Made by a program: the position numbers and the translations under genes. Shown here one piece after another: positions 59,481-64,000 of a DNA stretch of 64,000 nucleotides; position 1 is the first letter of the stretch; each line of letters opens with the position of its first letter. Location of the stretch: contig CAVWSL010000015.1 of assembly GCA_963757765.1 (NCBI GenBank), positions 1,392,553-1,456,552 of the forward strand. The letters are read 5' to 3'. Origin of the DNA: an uncultured Chloroflexia bacterium (GTDB taxonomy: Bacteria; Chloroflexota; Limnocylindria; Limnocylindrales; CSP1-4). The notes below the pieces were generated by a model. The model worked only from the letters and a program-made list of their open reading frames with translations, was not told where the DNA came from and searched no databases.

Positions 59481-62297
59481 GTGTCTCAGCTTGACGCGGC
59501 GCCTCGCCGCCAGGAACCTTCGCCAGCGCCAGTGGCGGCGCTCGACCCCACCTCCCGGCTCGCCGATCCCGCCTCCGACGTCCTGCGCGCCGGTCGTCGA
59601 CAGCTCGATGCGTTCTTCGCGCCGCGCGCGGTCGCCCTCATCGGTGCGACCGACAAGCCCGGCAGCGTGGGCAGGACCATCCTCTCCAACCTCATCGCGA
59701 GCCCCTTCGGTGGCACCGTCTACCCGGTCAACCCGAAGCGGCGCAGCGTCCTGGGCATCGCGACCGTGCCCGACGTCGGCTCGGTGCCGGAGGCCGTCGA
59801 TCTCGCGGTCATCGTGACGCCACCGGCCAGCATCCCCGCGCTCGTCGCCGAGTGCGGGGCCGCGGATGTGCCCGCGGTCATCGTCATCTCGGCCGGCTTC
59901 AAGGAGATCGGTGGCGAGGGCGCCGAGCTGGAGCGCCAGGTGGCCGCCGAGGCGCGCCATCACCGGATGCGCCTCATCGGCCCCAACTGCCTGGGGGTCA
60001 TGAGCCCAGTCAGCGGACTCAACGCCACGTTCGCGGCGGCGATGGCGCCCCGCGGCCGGGTCGCCTTCCTCAGCCAGAGCGGCGCGCTCGTGACCGCTGT
60101 CCTCGACTGGGCCCTTCGGGAACGGGTCGGCTTCAGCTCCATCGTCTCCCTCGGGTCGATGGCCGACGTCGGCTGGGGCGACCTCATCGACCACCTGGGC
60201 AACGACCGCGAGACGGACGCCATCGTGATGTACATGGAGACGGTGGGCGACGCCCGGAGCTTCCTCTCCGCCGCACGCGAGGTGGCGCTGACCAAGCCCA
60301 TCATCGTCATGAAGCCGGGACGGACGGCAGAGGCCGCCAAGGCCGCCGCATCGCACACCGGCTCGTTGGCCGGCTCGGACGAGGTCCTCGATGCTGCCTT
60401 CCGGCGCGCAGGCGTCCTGCGTGCGGACCGGATCTCCGACCTGTTCTACCTCGCGGAGGTGCTGGGCAAGCAGCCGCGTCCGAAGGGACCTCGGCTGACC
60501 GTGGTCACCAACGCGGGTGGACCTGGCGTGCTCGCGACCGACGCGCTCATCGGCGGCGGCGCGCAGCTCGCGCCGTTGTCCCCGGAGACCGTCACCGCCC
60601 TCGATGGCGTCCTGCCACCCACCTGGAGCCACGGCAACCCCATCGACATCATCGGCGACGCTCCCCCGGAGCGGTATGCGGCGGCCCTCGAGATCGCGGC
60701 CCGTGACCCCGACAGCGACGGGCTGCTGGTCATCCTCACCCCCCAGGCGATGACGGACCCGACCAAGACGGCGCAGCAGCTGGTGCCCTTCGCCAAGGTC
60801 ACCGGCAAGCCCGTGATGGCCAGCTGGATGGGCGGCCTCGAGGTCGAGGCGGGCACGGTCATCCTGCGCGAAGCCGGTATCGCCACGTTCCCCTTCCCCG
60901 ACAGCGCCGCGCGCATGTTCACCGAGCTCTGGGGTTGGCAGCAGGACCTCCAGGCCCTGTATGAGACCCCGACCCTGCCCGCCGACGAGGAGCGGGGCGT
61001 CAATCGCGAGACGGCCGCAGAGATCATCGCGGCGGCGCGGGCGGAGGGTCGCACCATCCTCGCGGAGTCGGAGTCGAAGGCGCTCCTCGCCGCGTACGGC
61101 ATCCCCATCACCGAGACTCGCATCGCGCGCAGGGTGGACGAGGCCGTGGCGGCGGCGGAGGCGATCGGTTACCCGATCGTGCTCAAGCTGTTCAGTCACA
61201 CCATCACCCACAAGACCGATGTCGGTGGCGTCAAGCTCAACCTGCGCGACGCCGCGGCGGTCCGTGAGGCGTGGGCATCGATCGCGGCGGCAGTCGCCGC
61301 GCGCCGTGGCGCGGAGCATTTCGAGGGCGTCACGGTCCAGCCGATGATCGACTGGGCGGGCTACGAGCTCATCGTGGGCAGCTCCATCGATGCCCAGTTC
61401 GGGCCGGTGCTGCTGTTCGGGCTCGGCGGCCAGCTGGTGGAGGTGTTCCGCGATCGGGCCTTGGGCCTGCCACCGCTGACCACGACGCTCGCCCGCCGGA
61501 TGATCGAGCGGACCAGGATCGCCACCGCGTTGGGTGGCGTGCGCGGCCGCGATGCGGTCGACCTGGACGCCCTCGAGCAGCTGCTCGTCCGTTTCAGCGA
61601 GCTCGTGGTGGAGCAACCACAGATCTCGGACATCGAGATCAATCCGCTGCTCATCTCGGCCGACCGGATGCTGGCGCTCGACGCGCGGGTCATCCTCCAG
61701 CCGGCCGGGATCCCTGCCGCGGAGCTGCCGCGGCCCGCCATCCGGCCCTACCCGCTCCAATACAGCACCGATTGGACCGCTCGGGACGGGGCGAGCTATG
61801 CCATCCGCCCGATCCGCCCAGAGGACGAGACCCTGCTCGTGGGCTTCCACCGGACGCTGTCGGAGCAATCCATCTATCAGCGCTACTTCGAGAACCTGGG
61901 GCTCGACCTGCGTATCGCGCACGAGCGGCTCATCCGGGTCTGCTTCAGCGACTACGACCGGGAGCTGGCGCTCGTGGCGGAATGCACCGACGCAGATGGC
62001 GAACCTGTCATCGCCGGGGTCGGACGGCTGTCGAAGCTCCGCGACGGTGTGAGCGGCGAGTTCGCGGTGCTGGTCAGCGACCAGTACCAGGGACGAGGAC
62101 TCGGCTCCGAGCTGCTCGCACGGCTCGTGGACATCGCACGTCGCGAAGGGCTGACCCGGATCCTCGCGGATATCCTGGCCACGAACGGGCCGATGATCCG
62201 GCTGACGCGGGGACAGGGGTTCCACATCGATGGCGACCTGCAGGATCAGGTCGTCCACGCCTGGCTGGATCTGGGCCATGAGGGGACGACCGCATGA
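59481..62297 (+). CDS. pat: Bifunctional acyl-CoA synthetase (NDP-forming)-like / GNAT protein lysine acetyltransferase (Pat-type)
   Basis: N-terminal CoA-binding/succinyl-CoA-synthetase-like and ATP-grasp domains. C-terminal GNAT motif (…[22 protein letters not shown]…). 938 aa, the Pat/PatZ architecture. Confidence 0.82.
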   Translation: MSQLDAAPRRQEPSPAPVAALDPTSRLADPASDVLRAGRRQLDAFFAPRAVALIGATDKPGSVGRTILSNLIASPFGGTVYPVNPKRRSVLGIATVPDVGSVPEAVDLAVIVTPPASIPALVAECGAADVPAVIVISAGFKEIGGEGAELERQVAAEARHHRMRLIGPNCLGVMSPVSGLNATFAAAMAPRGRVAFLSQSGALVTAVLDWALRERVGFSSIVSLGSMADVGWGDLIDHLGNDRETDAIVMYMETVGDARSFLSAAREVALTKPIIVMKPGRTAEAAKAAASHTGSLAGSDEVLDAAFRRAGVLRADRISDLFYLAEVLGKQPRPKGPRLTVVTNAGGPGVLATDALIGGGAQLAPLSPETVTALDGVLPPTWSHGNPIDIIGDAPPERYAAALEIAARDPDSDGLLVILTPQAMTDPTKTAQQLVPFAKVTGKPVMASWMGGLEVEAGTVILREAGIATFPFPDSAARMFTELWGWQQDLQALYETPTLPADEERGVNRETAAEIIAAARAEGRTILAESESKALLAAYGIPITETRIARRVDEAVAAAEAIGYPIVLKLFSHTITHKTDVGGVKLNLRDAAAVREAWASIAAAVAARRGAEHFEGVTVQPMIDWAGYELIVGSSIDAQFGPVLLFGLGGQLVEVFRDRALGLPPLTTTLARRMIERTRIATALGGVRGRDAVDLDALEQLLVRFSELVVEQPQISDIEINPLLISADRMLALDARVILQPAGIPAAELPRPAIRPYPLQYSTDWTARDGASYAIRPIRPEDETLLVGFHRTLSEQSIYQRYFENLGLDLRIAHERLIRVCFSDYDRELALVAECTDADGEPVIAGVGRLSKLRDGVSGEFAVLVSDQYQGRGLGSELLARLVDIARREGLTRILADILATNGPMIRLTRGQGFHIDGDLQDQVVHAWLDLGHEGTTA

Positions 62298-63181
62298 AGG
62301 TCGGCCTGATGATCCCGCAAGGGTGGAAGGGTGAGTACGACGGCTGGGACGCCGCCGAGGCATGGCAACGTTCGATCGAGCTCACCGTGGATGCCGAACG
62401 CCTGGGTTTCGAATCGCTGTGGGTGTTCGATCACTTCCACACCGTGCCGGACCCGACCGACGAGATCACCTTCGAGTCGTTCACCATGCTCGCCGCGCTC
62501 GCTTCGCACACGTCGCGGGTCCGCCTGGGGCACATGGTGGTCTGCACCACGTTCCGTAACCCTGGCCTGACCGCCAAGCTGACCTCGACCCTCGATGTCA
62601 TCAGCGGCGGCCGGTTCGAGCTGGGCATCGGTGCCGGCTGGAAGCGGGACGAATGGCTGGCGTACGGCTATGGCTTCCCGCCCATCGGCGAGCGGATGGA
62701 CGTGCTGGGCGACCACCTCGAGGTCATCACCCGGATGCTGGCGCCTGGCCACGCCACCTACGAAGGCCGGTTCGCCCAGGTCCGGGACGCGATCAACGTG
62801 CCCAAAGGCATCCAGGCCCACATCCCCCTCATCGTGGGCGGCAACGGACCGCAGCGGACGGCCGGGTACGCGATCCGGTTCGCGGACGAGTTGAACTACG
62901 TCTTCCTGCCGCCGGCAGAGGTGAGCGTCCGGATGGCGGACGTCCGGGCTCGCTGCGCGCAGGTCGGGCGGGATCCATCGACCCTGCGCTTCTCGCTGTA
63001 CGTCTCGGACGATGATGTCCGCGACGTGGGCCAGGCGCGTGTCGATGTGCTGGGTGCGTATGGGGAGATCGGACTTTCCCGCGTCATCTGTTTCCCGGGG
63101 CGCTGGGATCCGACGACCGACGGACAAGCGGCGTTCGCGGAGGACTGCCGGGCCGCGGGCCTGGCGCTCGACCCGGCCTGA
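62294..63181 (+). CDS. LLM-class F420-dependent oxidoreductase (luciferase-like monooxygenase family)
   Basis: ATGA overlap with the pat stop. …[12 protein letters not shown]…, …LGIGAGW… and …IVGGNGP… are TIM-barrel LLM signatures. Confidence 0.8.
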   Translation: MKVGLMIPQGWKGEYDGWDAAEAWQRSIELTVDAERLGFESLWVFDHFHTVPDPTDEITFESFTMLAALASHTSRVRLGHMVVCTTFRNPGLTAKLTSTLDVISGGRFELGIGAGWKRDEWLAYGYGFPPIGERMDVLGDHLEVITRMLAPGHATYEGRFAQVRDAINVPKGIQAHIPLIVGGNGPQRTAGYAIRFADELNYVFLPPAEVSVRMADVRARCAQVGRDPSTLRFSLYVSDDDVRDVGQARVDVLGAYGEIGLSRVICFPGRWDPTTDGQAAFAEDCRAAGLALDPA

Positions 63182-63205
63182 ACCAGCGCCGACTTCGCGG
63201 GTCGG

Positions 63206-64000
63206 TCAGCTGTTGGTGCGACCCTGCGCCTGAAGCTTGGCCCAGGTGTCCTTGAGGGTCAGGGTCCGGTTGAACACCGGGCGGCCTGACGTGGAGTCGC
63301 GGTCGACGCAGAAATAGCCCAGTCGCTCGAACTGGACGACATCGCCCACCGGGACATCGGCCAGGGCCGGCTCCAGGAGCGCGTCGACGATCTCCTCCGA
63401 GGCCGGGTCGAGGTCGGCGAGCAGGTCACCATCCGCACCCGGGTCGGGTCGGCTGAAGAGTGAGGTATACAGGCGCACCTCGGCCGCGACCGCGTGCGGG
63501 GCCGAGACCCAGTGGAGGGTCGCCTTGGGCCGTCGGCCGTCGGGCGAGTCGCCACCGCGGGTCGCCGGGTCGTACGTGCAGCGGAGCTCGATGATCTCTC
63601 CCGCCGCGTCCTTGACGACCTCGCGGCAGGTGACGAAGTACGCCGAGCGGAGCCGCACCTCGCGACCGGGGGCGAGCCGGAAGAACTGCTTCGAGGGCTC
63701 CTCCATGAAGTCGTCGCGCTCGATCCACAGCTCACGACCGAAGGGGACCGGACGGGTGCCGGCTGTGGGATCCTCGGGGTTGTTCATGGCCTCGACCATC
63801 TCGACCTGCCCCTCGGGGTAGTCCTCGATGACCAGCTTGAGGGGCCGCAGCACGGCGAACCGACGGGGTGCGGTCCGGTTGAGCACGTCGCGGACGCAGT
63901 GATCGAGCATCGCCATCTCGACCACGCCCTCGCGCTTGCCGACGCCGATCATCGCCGCGAAATCGCGGATGCCCGCTGCCGGGAAGCCCCGACGCCGAAC
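63206..64000 (-). CDS. glnS: Glutamine-tRNA ligase, C-terminal anticodon-binding part (gene continues beyond window end)
   Basis: …LRSAYFVTCREVVKDAAGEIIELRCTYDP… and …VQFERLGYFCVD… match GlnRS beta-barrel domains. The reading frame is open to position 64000, so the 5' end is outside the window. Confidence 0.8.
   Translation of the reverse strand, partial: VRRRGFPAAGIRDFAAMIGVGKREGVVEMAMLDHCVRDVLNRTAPRRFAVLRPLKLVIEDYPEGQVEMVEAMNNPEDPTAGTRPVPFGRELWIERDDFMEEPSKQFFRLAPGREVRLRSAYFVTCREVVKDAAGEIIELRCTYDPATRGGDSPDGRRPKATLHWVSAPHAVAAEVRLYTSLFSRPDPGADGDLLADLDPASEEIVDALLEPALADVPVGDVVQFERLGYFCVDRDSTSGRPVFNRTLTLKDTWAKLQAQGRTNS

Overview
High-GC (~70%) actinobacterial-type chromosomal window, with dense genes on both strands and many ATGA/TTGA start-stop overlaps. 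Its content falls into five groups.

1. Secreted, repeat-rich proteins and cell-envelope genes:
- a tandem array of RTX-like calcium-binding beta-roll paralogues sharing a conserved 3' flank (1-2765);
- a triple-repeat secreted protein carrying two frameshifts at equivalent repeat positions;
- a PT-linker beta-helix protein whose frame drifts inside the repeat;
- a CapD-like dehydratase, a nucleotide-sugar dehydrogenase and a GT4 glycosyltransferase;
- a secreted protein with three META/HslJ-like modules and one PASTA module (2 META + PASTA + META).

2. Genome decay:
- a nonsense-inactivated IS3-family element in a lower-GC island;
- a truncated glutaminase gene;
- a truncated ECF sigma-factor gene.

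3. Central metabolism:
- a phosphoketolase-acetate kinase (xfp-ackA) operon co-transcribed with a NUDIX hydrolase and the META/PASTA protein;
- DAHP synthase;
- pabB/pabC;
- GH36 alpha-galactosidase;
- sarcosine-oxidase-like flavoenzyme;
- ferredoxin plus ferredoxin-NADP reductase;
- fumarylacetoacetate hydrolase (FAH);
- F420-dependent luciferase-like oxidoreductase (LLM);
- Pat-type protein acetyltransferase;
- the 3' end of glnS.

4. Regulation and signalling:
- two ArsR/SRPBCC(AHSA1) modules, one split and one fused, the fused one with a clear palindromic operator;
- a 1190-aa zinc-ribbon/adenylyl-cyclase/AAA/TPR (STAND-like) protein translationally coupled to an ABC exporter;
- a DUF2252 protein with a histone-H1-like Ala/Lys/Pro tail.

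5. Three type II toxin-antitoxin modules (VapBC, Phd/YefM-VapC with a frameshifted toxin, RHH-VapC), two ABC transporter systems, and several small membrane proteins.

No rRNA, tRNA or CRISPR array was recognised. Three genes with frameshifts inside repeats could be true pseudogenes, phase-variable loci or assembly indels; the sequence alone cannot decide.
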